Of a stretch of 64,000 bases of DNA, positions 19,761 to 29,765 are shown one piece after another. Every line of letters starts with the position of its first letter. The stretch's first letter is position 1. The position numbers and the translations under genes were made by a program. A model generated the notes under the pieces. It ran no database searches. It saw nothing but the letters and a program-made list of their open reading frames with translations, and had not been told where the DNA came from. Origin of the DNA: an uncultured archaeon (GTDB lineage Archaea > Asgardarchaeota > Lokiarchaeia > Sigyniarchaeales > SOKP01); the NCBI GenBank assembly GCA_964632315.1, contig CAZWEM010000015.1, positions 1 to 64,000 on the forward strand, in the 5' to 3' direction.

Positions 19761-20999
19761 TTATTTTTTGGCAAGTTTCTCAATTGCAGTCTCGATCATC
19801 TCCAGTTTAACAGAATATTTTTCCATGAGTTCGGCAAATTTTTCGACTGGAATTTCATTGTTTTCTCTTAATGCTTTCAATTCATTAATTGTTCTTACTA
19901 ATCCCGCTTTATTATCAATCAATTTTTCTTTTTTGCTATAAGGTATTTTCTTTTCAAGCTTTTTTTGAGTGAATGATTTAAAACGTTTAATATTCAAATC
20001 TTTAGGGACGAATTTAGTTAGAAAAATGGTACTTTTTGGTACAAAGGGTGCTAAATTCTCGGGGATTATTATTATTGGCTCTGGATCTTGGATTTTCTTA
20101 ATATCTTCGTAATCTAATGTTTCTAATTCATTATTATTTAAAGAAGCATCAACAATTGATAAATTGACTTTGATACTTTCTTTCTCATCTTCATTAAGTT
20201 GTGCTACATTCTTAATCATATCATTCCAAATATCTCTTGATTTAGTATAATAGAAATTTGCTTTTTGTTGAAGTCTTGTGATTTTATTCTTATTTAATGG
20301 GGTGATTGAAGAATCTAATGAGGCTTGTGCTTTTAACTGGCAAGCCTTTCCCATATCGTAATGAAATTGGGCTCTTAATTGTTGTTTTTTCTTTTCTTCA
20401 TGCTTTTTCAAATAAAAAATTCTTTTTGATAACTGAGAGAGTCCAGCATATAATTTGGATGCGAAATATTTGTTGTTTTCCCTCTCTTCCTTCAAAGCAG
20501 CGATACTCTGTGATAGAGAACGTGCTTCTTCTGAATTTAATTCTAAATTTTCTGCAGAAAGTGTCGTACCCTTTTCTCTTTGGTGGGTTGTAGCTGCACT
20601 AAAGTAAGCCGCAGTTTTATACATTTTACTAGATTCAACCATTGCAATTATTGAATTTTCAAAATCTTCCTCTTCTTCAAATTTCTCTGAAAGCTTATTG
20701 AATGCCTTAGCCATTATCCACAATGAATGAGCACATTCAAACATAATATCATTAATAGGGATTTCCCGATTGTTTTCAGCAGGATCCATAAAATTTCGAG
20801 TTATATCAAGTTCATCCAAAATTTTTGAATGATCCTCATTTTGATAATTTATATTTAAAATCTTAGTATATTCTAAAACAAGATTCAGATCATCTATTGT
20901 GACGCTTTCTTCTTCTTTTTCTAAAGCATCATCTAAATGTTTTATTTTATAATGGAGGTAACGTATTCTTTGCATTACCTCTTGTGGAAAAAAAGTCAT
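19761..20999 (-). CDS. all-helical protein, probable BRO1-like domain
   Basis: FECAHSLWIMAKAFNKLS, MYKTAA, LSAENLELNS, ASKLYAGLSQL resemble BRO1 consensus blocks in order. Confidence 0.55.
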   Translation of the reverse strand: MTFFPQEVMQRIRYLHYKIKHLDDALEKEEESVTIDDLNLVLEYTKILNINYQNEDHSKILDELDITRNFMDPAENNREIPINDIMFECAHSLWIMAKAFNKLSEKFEEEEDFENSIIAMVESSKMYKTAAYFSAATTHQREKGTTLSAENLELNSEEARSLSQSIAALKEERENNKYFASKLYAGLSQLSKRIFYLKKHEEKKKQQLRAQFHYDMGKACQLKAQASLDSSITPLNKNKITRLQQKANFYYTKSRDIWNDMIKNVAQLNEDEKESIKVNLSIVDASLNNNELETLDYEDIKKIQDPEPIIIIPENLAPFVPKSTIFLTKFVPKDLNIKRFKSFTQKKLEKKIPYSKKEKLIDNKAGLVRTINELKALRENNEIPVEKFAELMEKYSVKLEMIETAIEKLAKK

Positions 21000-21131
21000 C
21001 TTTCAATACTTTAGTTTTTAGTCAAATTTTAATTAAGTTAAATAATATTATCATCCCTTTAAAACTAATCTAAAATTAGTTAATTATGGACTTTCAAGAT
21101 AACAAATAAATTAATTGAAAGATGGGAAGAA

Positions 21132-22415
21132 ATGCATACTCAACGAATTTTTATATATGAACACATTTCGGGGGGTGGATTTAACAATAGGGAGATTCCA
21201 CTTTCACTTTTTTCTGAAGGGTTTGGCATGTTAAGGACTATTATAGAGGATTTCAAGGCACTTGACTTTGAAGTTAAAACTATGTTAGATTATAGAATAT
21301 TGAAAATGTCAAATCTCCTAAATTGTGATTACATTATGGAAGTAAAAAGAGGAATGACTATTATCCAAGAATTTAAATCTTTAATTAAAGATTGCCAATA
21401 TGTATTCATTATTGCTCCCGAATTTTCAAAAGTTTTATACAAGTTCACTAAAGTTGCTGAAGATATGGGAAAAACACTTCTTAGCATGAATTCATCTCCA
21501 ATACTTTTAGGGAGTTCCAAATTTCAAACATATAACTTCTTTAAGAATTCAGGAATACTTACTCCAAAGACTTTTTATATTAAGAATTTTAATTATAAAA
21601 TTAGTATGGAGGATTTACGAAAGTCTTATCACCTAATACACTCACCAGCTATATTAAAACCGGAAGATGGTGTCGGTGCAGAATCAGTATATTTAATTAG
21701 AAATGAAAGAGACCTTGAAAATATTATTAGTAAGGAAAAGCAATATCTGGATGGTAATCGAGATTACGTTCTTCAAGAATACATAAATGGTACAGATTTA
21801 AGTGCTTCCATCATAAAACAGGAAAATCAATTAATAATTCTTTCTATAAATTCCCAAAAAATTAAACTCATCAAAAATAAGATTAACTATTTAGGAGGAA
21901 TGACTCCAGCAGAGAATTCTGATCATATCAAAAAAGAAATCATTGAATTAACTGAAAATCTTGATTTAACCAAATTTAAAGGATACTTCGGAATTGATTT
22001 TATTAGAATGGCTGATGGTAAGATATACTTAATAGAAATTAATCCTAGACTAACTACTTCTTATCTTGGGGTTAGAAACGTTTCTAAAGCAAATCCAATG
22101 CTGTTATTAGTGTATCCAGATGCAAATCCAGATGAGATTATTGATTCAAGCTATAAATATTGTTCGGAATATTATCATATGAAACTAAAATATAATGGCG
22201 TAGATGATCCACTTGAATTATGGGGAGATATATTTAATAGTATTCACGAGATCATTACTCCACCATTACCTTTAAATCTCAAATTTCAAGAAAATAAAAT
22301 TTTCACATGTTTTGTTTCAATAAAAGGGAAAAATATCAAACAGATTCAAAAGAGAAAAAGATCACTGTTGCATCAATTAAAAAAACTTAATTTTCAATTA
22401 TATAGCCAGGGTTAA
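21132..22415 (+). CDS. ATP-grasp ligase, MfnD (tyramine-glutamate ligase)-like
   Basis: YEHISGGG..EGFGML, IIAPE, KPEDGVG, QEYING, GYFGIDF, IEINPRLTTSY. Confidence 0.8.
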   Translation: MHTQRIFIYEHISGGGFNNREIPLSLFSEGFGMLRTIIEDFKALDFEVKTMLDYRILKMSNLLNCDYIMEVKRGMTIIQEFKSLIKDCQYVFIIAPEFSKVLYKFTKVAEDMGKTLLSMNSSPILLGSSKFQTYNFFKNSGILTPKTFYIKNFNYKISMEDLRKSYHLIHSPAILKPEDGVGAESVYLIRNERDLENIISKEKQYLDGNRDYVLQEYINGTDLSASIIKQENQLIILSINSQKIKLIKNKINYLGGMTPAENSDHIKKEIIELTENLDLTKFKGYFGIDFIRMADGKIYLIEINPRLTTSYLGVRNVSKANPMLLLVYPDANPDEIIDSSYKYCSEYYHMKLKYNGVDDPLELWGDIFNSIHEIITPPLPLNLKFQENKIFTCFVSIKGKNIKQIQKRKRSLLHQLKKLNFQLYSQG

Positions 22416-23297
22416 AATTACTGAAAATCCCCCATAATGTAATAAGAGTGATAATATTAACGCATTTTCAATTTTTAATTGTTTATAGGTGCTAATAGAA
22501 TAAGTTAATATCCATAATGACCATGCTTGAAGGAGAATCATGATAATATTGTCCAAAATACTTATTGATGGTAATTCAATTAGGTTTAAAACTCTAAAAG
22601 CGTAATGAATTATGAGAAAAAAGTCTGAGGGAATAAATATAAAAGCAAATGTATTAAAGAATTCTTTTGCATTGTTTTTATTTTTAAAAACTAATCGGAT
22701 AAGGCCTTCCACTATGAAGAAGTACACTAAGTAGTTCAATATGAACAAAATTGCCCCTAAGATATTCGTAAACGGTGCTTGAATATTTTCATTATTCGGG
22801 AAAGAACTAAATAACAAAAAAAATGGGAACAAATTAGTTAAATAGCAAAAAACTGCACCAATTACTAAAATCAAAAGGGAAATCATCAAGGGAATAAAAT
22901 TTAAGGAATTAGAGTTACTAATAAATCTCTTTGGAGTAAGATACATTAAAGCTTTCAAAATAGGAGAATTAAATTCTTTGCTTGAAATATCCCTTGTGAT
23001 ATTTATTATATTTTCCTTCAATGAATTATACGCGAGTTGACCAAGATCGGTAAGATAATATTTTTTATCACTTTTTTGTTCTATCAGTTGAGACAAAGCA
23101 TCTAGATGATGATAAATAGTGCCAGTACTTACCTTCAATTCCTTTTTAAGAATTGTAAAGGAAGAAAAACCGTTGTCACCAATTATTTCTATCATTCTTC
23201 TTCTAATTTTATGCCCCAAAGCGTAATAAAAGTTAGACTCTAATTCTTTCTCTTTACTGGATTGATTATCTTCAGTATTATTTTCTTCCCTACTAAT
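22398..23297 (-). CDS. ArsR-like winged HTH fused to a multi-TM domain
   Basis: ALGHKIRRRMI..STGTIYHHLDAL..YYLTDLG followed by about 5 TM segments; start ATT 23297 or TTG 23219. Confidence 0.8.
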   Translation of the reverse strand: MSREENNTEDNQSSKEKELESNFYYALGHKIRRRMIEIIGDNGFSSFTILKKELKVSTGTIYHHLDALSQLIEQKSDKKYYLTDLGQLAYNSLKENIINITRDISSKEFNSPILKALMYLTPKRFISNSNSLNFIPLMISLLILVIGAVFCYLTNLFPFFLLFSSFPNNENIQAPFTNILGAILFILNYLVYFFIVEGLIRLVFKNKNNAKEFFNTFAFIFIPSDFFLIIHYAFRVLNLIELPSISILDNIIMILLQAWSLWILTYSISTYKQLKIENALILSLLLHYGGFSVILTLAI

Positions 23298-23728
23298 TAC
23301 TCTACATCCCCAATTCTTCTTTGAATTAAAATGTTCATGATATCCAATAAAACTAAGAGTGCTCCAACAATTGAAAGGTAAAACCCAATCTCTGCAGACC
23401 CAATATATGGCAAATCTTGAGGGATTAATTCAACTAAGAAAATTAAGAAAAATCCCAAACCAATAAAAATTATTATAACAGAATTAACCTTATATTCTCC
23501 CTTAAATAATATCAACAAGGTCCCTACCAATGTGATACTGCCACTGATTAATGGAAATAAAAAAAGAAAAGAATCTTCCAATGAAAACGATATCATAATT
23601 AAATAGATACTAAAGAGGGATATTCCTGAAAACCATGATAAAAATTGTGAAAGAATCATCAATATTGAGCCAATTATCCCTATAAGCCTTAGATCCAAAA
23701 ATTTCTTTATCTCCACTGTTTCCACCAA
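23297..23728 (-). CDS. hypothetical membrane protein
   Basis: About 4 TM segments, FLSW and GFYL motifs. Confidence 0.7.
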   Translation of the reverse strand: MVETVEIKKFLDLRLIGIIGSILMILSQFLSWFSGISLFSIYLIMISFSLEDSFLFLFPLISGSITLVGTLLILFKGEYKVNSVIIIFIGLGFFLIFLVELIPQDLPYIGSAEIGFYLSIVGALLVLLDIMNILIQRRIGDVE

Positions 23729-23828
23729 AATAATAAGTTAGATTCAAATAGTATAAAATAACTAGATAATATTAATTTAATTTTGATATAAATTATCAAA
23801 AAGCTGAATATTATTAAAACTGATTTCT

Positions 23829-25202
23829 ATGAAAAATAATGACGAAGAACAAGCAGATATGGATTCGATCCCTCTCTTCGATTATTTAAAAAAGCAAATT
23901 CCAGTCGAAGAAATTAGAGATTACGCATCACCTAAACGAATCACTAGTATTGATGTTGTAAAAGGATTTGCAATTATTTTCATCATATTGGCTCATACCG
24001 GTGGATCTTGGCTTAATATGCAATGGAAATTTTTTTATGGTGTTGCATTTGCTTTTTTAGATATATTAGGGCCTTCTCTTTTTGTATTTTTGTCTGCGTT
24101 AAGCGTAGTATTTAGCATCCGGAAAAAACAAGGCAGAGTTCCATATAAGGTGTTGAGAAACGGGATATTAACTAGGGGTTTGATTATCATCATAATTGGA
24201 GTAATTTTTAATATCACATCATATTCAACTACTGTTAAAGGATACAGTTTTCCTTTTAATTTGTGGGGGTGGAACATACTTTTATTCATTGGTTTTTCCC
24301 AGATATTTTCATTATATGCCTTGAGATTAGGAAAAATAACAAGAAGCTTCATTGGATTGATTATTATCTTTACTAGTGATGCTGTGAGACAATATCTTTA
24401 TAATCTTAAAGAGTCAGGAGATATAATCGGAACCTTTTTGCATTATCTTCTCGTATCACCTGTAGCAATGACTCCTATCATTCCATGGTTATCAATTTGC
24501 TTTCTATCGACTATATTTGGAGAATATCTTTATGAAGCTATGATAGGGGGTAAAAAGCAAGATTATGTCTATCTCTGTCGATTGTTTTTAGCATGGGGAA
24601 TTATTTTAGTAGGGATTGGAGTATTTCTTGGTAGAGGGTTATATGTTCCTGGAACGGAATGGATAAACGTAAGCAATGGATCTGTTGGAGTATTGCCCGT
24701 AAGCGAATACCCCCATTTAGATCTTTTTAGTGTCATTAATTCTCAAGTGTTTTTTCCCCAAATGCGATGGGCTGGTCTATGGGAATTTCTTATCAGGGGC
24801 CGAGGCTCAAATATGATATACAATCTTGGAGCTGCTTTATTAATTATTGCTATATGGTTTTATATCGTTGATCTGAAAAAGAAGAGCAATATTTTTATTA
24901 GCATGTTAAAGTACTATGGTAAGATCTCTCTAAGTTTATTTTTACTTCATTACATCTTTGTCACATTATTTTACGGATTTTTCGATATTGTATTTTTTAT
25001 CATTATTTGTCTCGGTTATACGGGCTTTTGGGGTTTTCTAATGTATTTATGGAATGAATTTTTTGATGGGAAAGGCTCTCCTGAATGGTTAATGGTTCAA
25101 ATAGGGCGTATTGGTCAAAAAACGACCCATACTGTTAAAAAGGAGTTCCATATCATCGAAGAAGAGATCAAAGGGACAGTACAAAAACTAAAAGAGAAAT
25201 AG
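23829..25202 (+). CDS. DUF1624/HGSNAT-like membrane acyltransferase
   Basis: RITSIDVVKGFAIIFIILAH, FVFLS, YGKISLSLFLLHY; many TM segments. Confidence 0.75.
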   Translation: MKNNDEEQADMDSIPLFDYLKKQIPVEEIRDYASPKRITSIDVVKGFAIIFIILAHTGGSWLNMQWKFFYGVAFAFLDILGPSLFVFLSALSVVFSIRKKQGRVPYKVLRNGILTRGLIIIIIGVIFNITSYSTTVKGYSFPFNLWGWNILLFIGFSQIFSLYALRLGKITRSFIGLIIIFTSDAVRQYLYNLKESGDIIGTFLHYLLVSPVAMTPIIPWLSICFLSTIFGEYLYEAMIGGKKQDYVYLCRLFLAWGIILVGIGVFLGRGLYVPGTEWINVSNGSVGVLPVSEYPHLDLFSVINSQVFFPQMRWAGLWEFLIRGRGSNMIYNLGAALLIIAIWFYIVDLKKKSNIFISMLKYYGKISLSLFLLHYIFVTLFYGFFDIVFFIIICLGYTGFWGFLMYLWNEFFDGKGSPEWLMVQIGRIGQKTTHTVKKEFHIIEEEIKGTVQKLKEK

Positions 25203-25331
25203 AACATACAACTTTTGTTCTTTTTGTCTTTTTTCTGGTCGATCTTTACGATGAAATAATAAATATATAAATATGCTCAATATAATATATCAACTATCAA
25301 ATAATTAAACATGATTTAACGGGTTTTCAAG

Positions 25332-25850
25332 ATTTCTGAAACGTACAAATTCAAAATTACACTTTTTGGCGCTGGAGGAGTGGGAAAAACATCTTTATTG
25401 ATAAGATACATAAAAGATTACTTTAATCCGGACTTAAAACAAACGATTGGTTCCAATTTTCTAATAAAAGATGTTGAACTCGGTGATATTAACGTGCGCC
25501 TTCTAATTTGGGATATCGGTGGACAAGAACAATTTGCTAAACTTAGAACAATTTATTTTAAAGGAAGTAACGGTGCTCTAGGAGTTTATGATTTAACTGA
25601 ACCTCAATCTTTATTAAAATTACCTGGATGGGTTAGTAGTATAAAAAAATCGGTTAAGAAAACCATTCCAATGGTGATTCTTGGGAATAAGAATGACTTA
25701 GATAGACAAGTAGAGAAATCCGAAGCTCAAGACTTATCTAGTCGATTAAATTGTGAATATCTTGAAACTTCCGCTAAGACTGGACAAAATGTCGAAAAAG
25801 CATTTGAATACATAGCTAAGGCTTGCTTAGATCAAGTTCTACAATCATAA
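25332..25850 (+). CDS. Rab-like small GTPase
   Basis: FKITLFGAGGVGKT (G1), TIG (G2), IWDIGGQ (G3), GNKND (G4), ETSAK (G5); G1 begins upstream of GTG 25380, so ATT 25332 is inferred as start. Confidence 0.93.
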   Translation: MSETYKFKITLFGAGGVGKTSLLIRYIKDYFNPDLKQTIGSNFLIKDVELGDINVRLLIWDIGGQEQFAKLRTIYFKGSNGALGVYDLTEPQSLLKLPGWVSSIKKSVKKTIPMVILGNKNDLDRQVEKSEAQDLSSRLNCEYLETSAKTGQNVEKAFEYIAKACLDQVLQS

Positions 25851-26465
25851 TTTTATATGATATGTCTTTAATTTCTCAATAAGATCCTCAATATCGACAA
25901 ATCTAATCGTATTAATTCCCAACTCGCTAGCAGACCTTACATTATTAAGTCCGTCATCAATAAAGAGTATTTCACTCGCTTGGCATTCTGCTTTATCAAT
26001 TGCTAATTGAAAAATTTCGGGATCTGGTTTTGTGAGGTGAACTTCATGAGAAAGAATAAAATCATCAAAAATATCCCAAATATCCCACTTTCTCTTCTTC
26101 AAATAATTCCAATGGCTTGCATTAATATTAGATATACAAATGAATCTGAAATTGTTTTTTTTTCTAATTTTTTTAATTAAATCTACCATATCTTTATTTA
26201 AATCGGAGATTATGCTATTAAATGCTTTGAAAAAATCTTCTTTATTTAAAGAACAAATTCTTAATAATTCACAGGCTTGCTGATAAAATTCTTCATCACT
26301 GATGATTCCTTGATGATACGTGTCTGACTGTCTAAAGAATTCTAACATTATTGGTGTTTTTGGTTTATTTAAAGGAGAGGGTGTAATTACTTCGTTAAAA
26401 AACTGGCTGAAGTCTAAATTAATGACAACATCTCCAAGATCAAATATAATACATTTTATCTCCAT
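25845..26465 (-). CDS. HAD family phosphatase (YihX-like)
   Basis: FDLGDV, ISN, KPDPEIF, FIDD. Confidence 0.9.
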   Translation of the reverse strand: MEIKCIIFDLGDVVINLDFSQFFNEVITPSPLNKPKTPIMLEFFRQSDTYHQGIISDEEFYQQACELLRICSLNKEDFFKAFNSIISDLNKDMVDLIKKIRKKNNFRFICISNINASHWNYLKKRKWDIWDIFDDFILSHEVHLTKPDPEIFQLAIDKAECQASEILFIDDGLNNVRSASELGINTIRFVDIEDLIEKLKTYHIKL

Positions 26466-26477
26466 ATTGAAATCACC

Positions 26478-28538
26478 TTATTTTCTAAAATACACTTTAG
26501 TCGAAAACTTTCGTAAAGGAACGGGTAACTTATATTTAGGATAGTTCTGAGCATCTTGATCAAGAAACTCCAATAATTTACTTAATTTTACATTATTGAA
26601 TTGTTTTGAAGTCGCTTTCTTAGGACCGAATGACTCTCCAATAAGCCTTTTTCTAATAGAGATTGCTTGATTCTCTTGCTCTTTCCGACCAATTATTATG
26701 ACATAAGGTATCCATTCTACTTCTGCTTGTCTAATTTTTTTACCAATCGTTTCATTTCGATCATCAAAATCAACTCTATAAGATTCTTTCGTAAGGATCT
26801 GCAGAATTTTTTCAGCATAACTATTTTGATCATCACTTATTGTTAAAATTCTTACCTGAATTGGGGATAACCACGTTTTAAATCCTGGAACTATCTTATC
26901 TTTATTTCTAATAGCTGTTTCAATTAATCCCCACAATATTCTCTCAATCCCTCCCGTTGGAGAGTTATGCAAGATAATAGGATATTTTACTGAACCATCT
27001 TCATCAACAAATTTTATATCATATTTCTGCCGCTTCTTTCCATCTTTATCATACATGAATTCCAATGAACTTTCGACATCAATTTGATTTGTAGCTAAAG
27101 TGGCCGTTCTATTTTGAGCAGATAAAACGGTTTTCTCGAATTTTAAAATGAAATAATAATATCTATCTTCCCATAATTCGATTAAAGCTGCTTTATTTTC
27201 TGATTTTAGAAGATCAACGATCCAACCTTTATTCTCATCATAAAAATCTTTAGTCATTCTAAAAACAATATTAGATTCAACTCCTAAATCCCTTTCAAGC
27301 CGTCTTATCAAATCGTACTGCAGTTTGAATTCTTCAATTGCTGATTCCATATCTTTGCAGAGCGTATGAAGATCTGGCATGATAAATCCCCTTAACCTTC
27401 TTAATCCACTTAGTTCTCCTTCTTGTTCTCGTCTGAAATCATACTGTTCGAACTCATATAATCTTAGGGGGAAATAACTTGGTTTTAAATTCATTTTGCT
27501 TACCATGTCAAATAATAAAAAGTCAGATGCAAATCTTAATAGATATCTATCATTTCCAGATTCAACCCAGTAAGTTCTGGCTGGAAATCTTGCCGTTTGA
27601 GCGGTTAGTTTTTTATTTTTAACCGTATACATTATAGGAGTGTCAACAAGTAAAGCACCATAATCAATTAGGCGTTCTTCGATATAATTCTTTATAATAT
27701 TTCTCATCATCATTCCCTTGGTATACCACCGGAAAATACCCTTATCACTATTCGGATCGAAATCAACTAATTCTAACTCCTTCATTACAGCTATATGAAC
27801 TGGTTCTTCTGATTTATCAGCTCTCCTAGATCCTAATTCCGATTTTATAAATAAGAAAAAATCCTCATCATCAAGAGATTTTAACGGTCTAATGGTCTCA
27901 TCTTTATTATACTGTATCGGTTCCTCCTCTCCAGAAGGGAGTAAGACTTTAAATTCTGCATTCATAATGTGTTCTTCTGGTTGAATATATAATTTGACAT
28001 CTCGATACATTTCTGCAACTTCATGACCAATGCAATTTACTTTAAAAGATTTGTACCATCCAAAAGGAGAATAACTTGCTTCAATGCCTCTTTCCTTTAA
28101 GAATTCAGCGATTTTGGGACACACATCCATTGCGCTATCATCACTGCTTAAAAACTTACTTAAATGAGCCCAAGGATAGACTAATACCTTATCGACATGA
28201 TACATTTCTCTCTCTTTAATGAGTTCTTTTAATTTTCTAAGTTTTCCTTTAATTTTTCCTAACTCAATCTCCTTATTATGGACTCTAATTTCCTCGTTTT
28301 TCAGCTGAATTTTCTCTGGAAAACTTGAAATTTGGATTATTGCATCTTCTATAACATCTGCTCCTTGTTTAGCTATCAAGTCAATATCATACGTATCTTG
28401 ATCTTCAACAGAAATGTAAGCGATGAGTATTAATCCATCCAATTTAATTATCTTATCGGGGAATTCTTGAGGGTTACTTGTAGCTTCCTTATTTTTCACA
28501 ACTTCCACTCCATTGGAGTGAATCAATAACATCTTCAT
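26478..28538 (-). CDS. thrS: threonine--tRNA ligase, archaeal type with N-terminal editing domain
   Basis: MKMLLIHS, VYPWAHLS, PFGWYKSF..CIGH, FRREQEGEL.GLRRLR.F.MPDLH, LHNSPTGGIER. Confidence 0.96.
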   Translation of the reverse strand: MKMLLIHSNGVEVVKNKEATSNPQEFPDKIIKLDGLILIAYISVEDQDTYDIDLIAKQGADVIEDAIIQISSFPEKIQLKNEEIRVHNKEIELGKIKGKLRKLKELIKEREMYHVDKVLVYPWAHLSKFLSSDDSAMDVCPKIAEFLKERGIEASYSPFGWYKSFKVNCIGHEVAEMYRDVKLYIQPEEHIMNAEFKVLLPSGEEEPIQYNKDETIRPLKSLDDEDFFLFIKSELGSRRADKSEEPVHIAVMKELELVDFDPNSDKGIFRWYTKGMMMRNIIKNYIEERLIDYGALLVDTPIMYTVKNKKLTAQTARFPARTYWVESGNDRYLLRFASDFLLFDMVSKMNLKPSYFPLRLYEFEQYDFRREQEGELSGLRRLRGFIMPDLHTLCKDMESAIEEFKLQYDLIRRLERDLGVESNIVFRMTKDFYDENKGWIVDLLKSENKAALIELWEDRYYYFILKFEKTVLSAQNRTATLATNQIDVESSLEFMYDKDGKKRQKYDIKFVDEDGSVKYPIILHNSPTGGIERILWGLIETAIRNKDKIVPGFKTWLSPIQVRILTISDDQNSYAEKILQILTKESYRVDFDDRNETIGKKIRQAEVEWIPYVIIIGRKEQENQAISIRKRLIGESFGPKKATSKQFNNVKLSKLLEFLDQDAQNYPKYKLPVPLRKFSTKVYFRK

Positions 28539-28658
28539 GATAAACTCTCTTATATGTATCTAAAACCATTAAAATATAAAAAATTCTAAATAGTCTACTT
28601 ACTTTTGATAATTATCAGCATTTCAAATTAATTATCACTAAAATATTTATCCATTAGT

Positions 28659-29282
28659 ATGAGTCTTAATAATATTTTCTCCGAACTGACGGAGTATTTA
28701 GACAAATTAGATAAAATTAGAGAACATATTTTAAAGATTTCTCGAGAAATCGTACGTGATTGTAGTATTGCCATAAAAAATTCACATCGTAATGAAGATC
28801 AAGATTTCATTGAAAAAATGAGTCAAGTAAAAATTAAACACGAGGAACTAATGGGTTTAGTTGACGAAGAACCAGGATTTTTTGCTAAATACTTAAAGGT
28901 ACCAGAACAAGAATACGTTGAAGCAATTATATTAAACTCAATAATTCACAATAGGAGCTATCCCTCTCCAAAAGAATTAAATGTAAATCCGTTGCACTAT
29001 GCTCTTGGATTAACGGATGTCATTGGAGAACTAAGAAGATACATTTTAGATAATATTGGTGATTCAAAAATTCAAGATCTAAGAAAGATTTTAGAAAATA
29101 TGGATGAGATCTACACTTATCTTTTTTCAGTGGATTATCCCTCAGGATTGACACAAGATTTAAGACATAAAACTGATATTGCAAGAAATATCATTGAAAA
29201 GACTAGAGGAGATGTCTCAATCACATTACAAATGAATGAACTGAAAAATTGTATTGAACATAATATCCAGCAAAAAGAATAA
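28659..29282 (+). CDS. translin family (C3PO-like) protein
   Basis: REHILKISREIVR, QEYVEA, YALGLTDVIGELRR, LRHKTD. Confidence 0.88.
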   Translation: MSLNNIFSELTEYLDKLDKIREHILKISREIVRDCSIAIKNSHRNEDQDFIEKMSQVKIKHEELMGLVDEEPGFFAKYLKVPEQEYVEAIILNSIIHNRSYPSPKELNVNPLHYALGLTDVIGELRRYILDNIGDSKIQDLRKILENMDEIYTYLFSVDYPSGLTQDLRHKTDIARNIIEKTRGDVSITLQMNELKNCIEHNIQQKE

Positions 29283-29322
29283 ATTCAGCAAATCTAATAA
29301 AAAAAAGTTTGATGATGGACAG

Positions 29323-29760
29323 ATGGTTAAAAAAGTACTTATTGCTGGGACTTTCGATTTAATACATCCAGGACACTTATTCTTAATTAATGAAGCTGCA
29401 AAATTAGGGGATGTGTATGTTGTGGTAGCAACAGACAAGAATAGAAAGATTTATTCTGGTGAATTTCCAATCGTCCCTCAAGAACAACGTTTAGAAGTTG
29501 TTAGAAACATTAAAAATGTGAAAGTGGCGAGAATTGGACGAAATGATAACAATACTCTTAGGACTGTAGAGGAGATAAATCCAGATATCATTTTACTTGG
29601 TCCTGATCAGAAATATGAGATTAATGTTCTCAAGCAAGGTTTGAAAGAAATCGGTTTAAATAAAATTGAGGTTAAGCGTTTAAATACTTATTATGATAAA
29701 TTTCCTCTTCATTCCTCAAGACTCATTAAAAAGAAAGTTATCGAACGATATAAGGAATAA
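29323..29760 (+). CDS. ribL: FAD synthase (cytidylyltransferase family)
   Basis: GTFDLIHPGH, PDIILLGPDQ, HSSRLIK; adjacent to ribK. Confidence 0.85.
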   Translation: MVKKVLIAGTFDLIHPGHLFLINEAAKLGDVYVVVATDKNRKIYSGEFPIVPQEQRLEVVRNIKNVKVARIGRNDNNTLRTVEEINPDIILLGPDQKYEINVLKQGLKEIGLNKIEVKRLNTYYDKFPLHSSRLIKKKVIERYKE

Positions 29761-29765
29761 AACAA

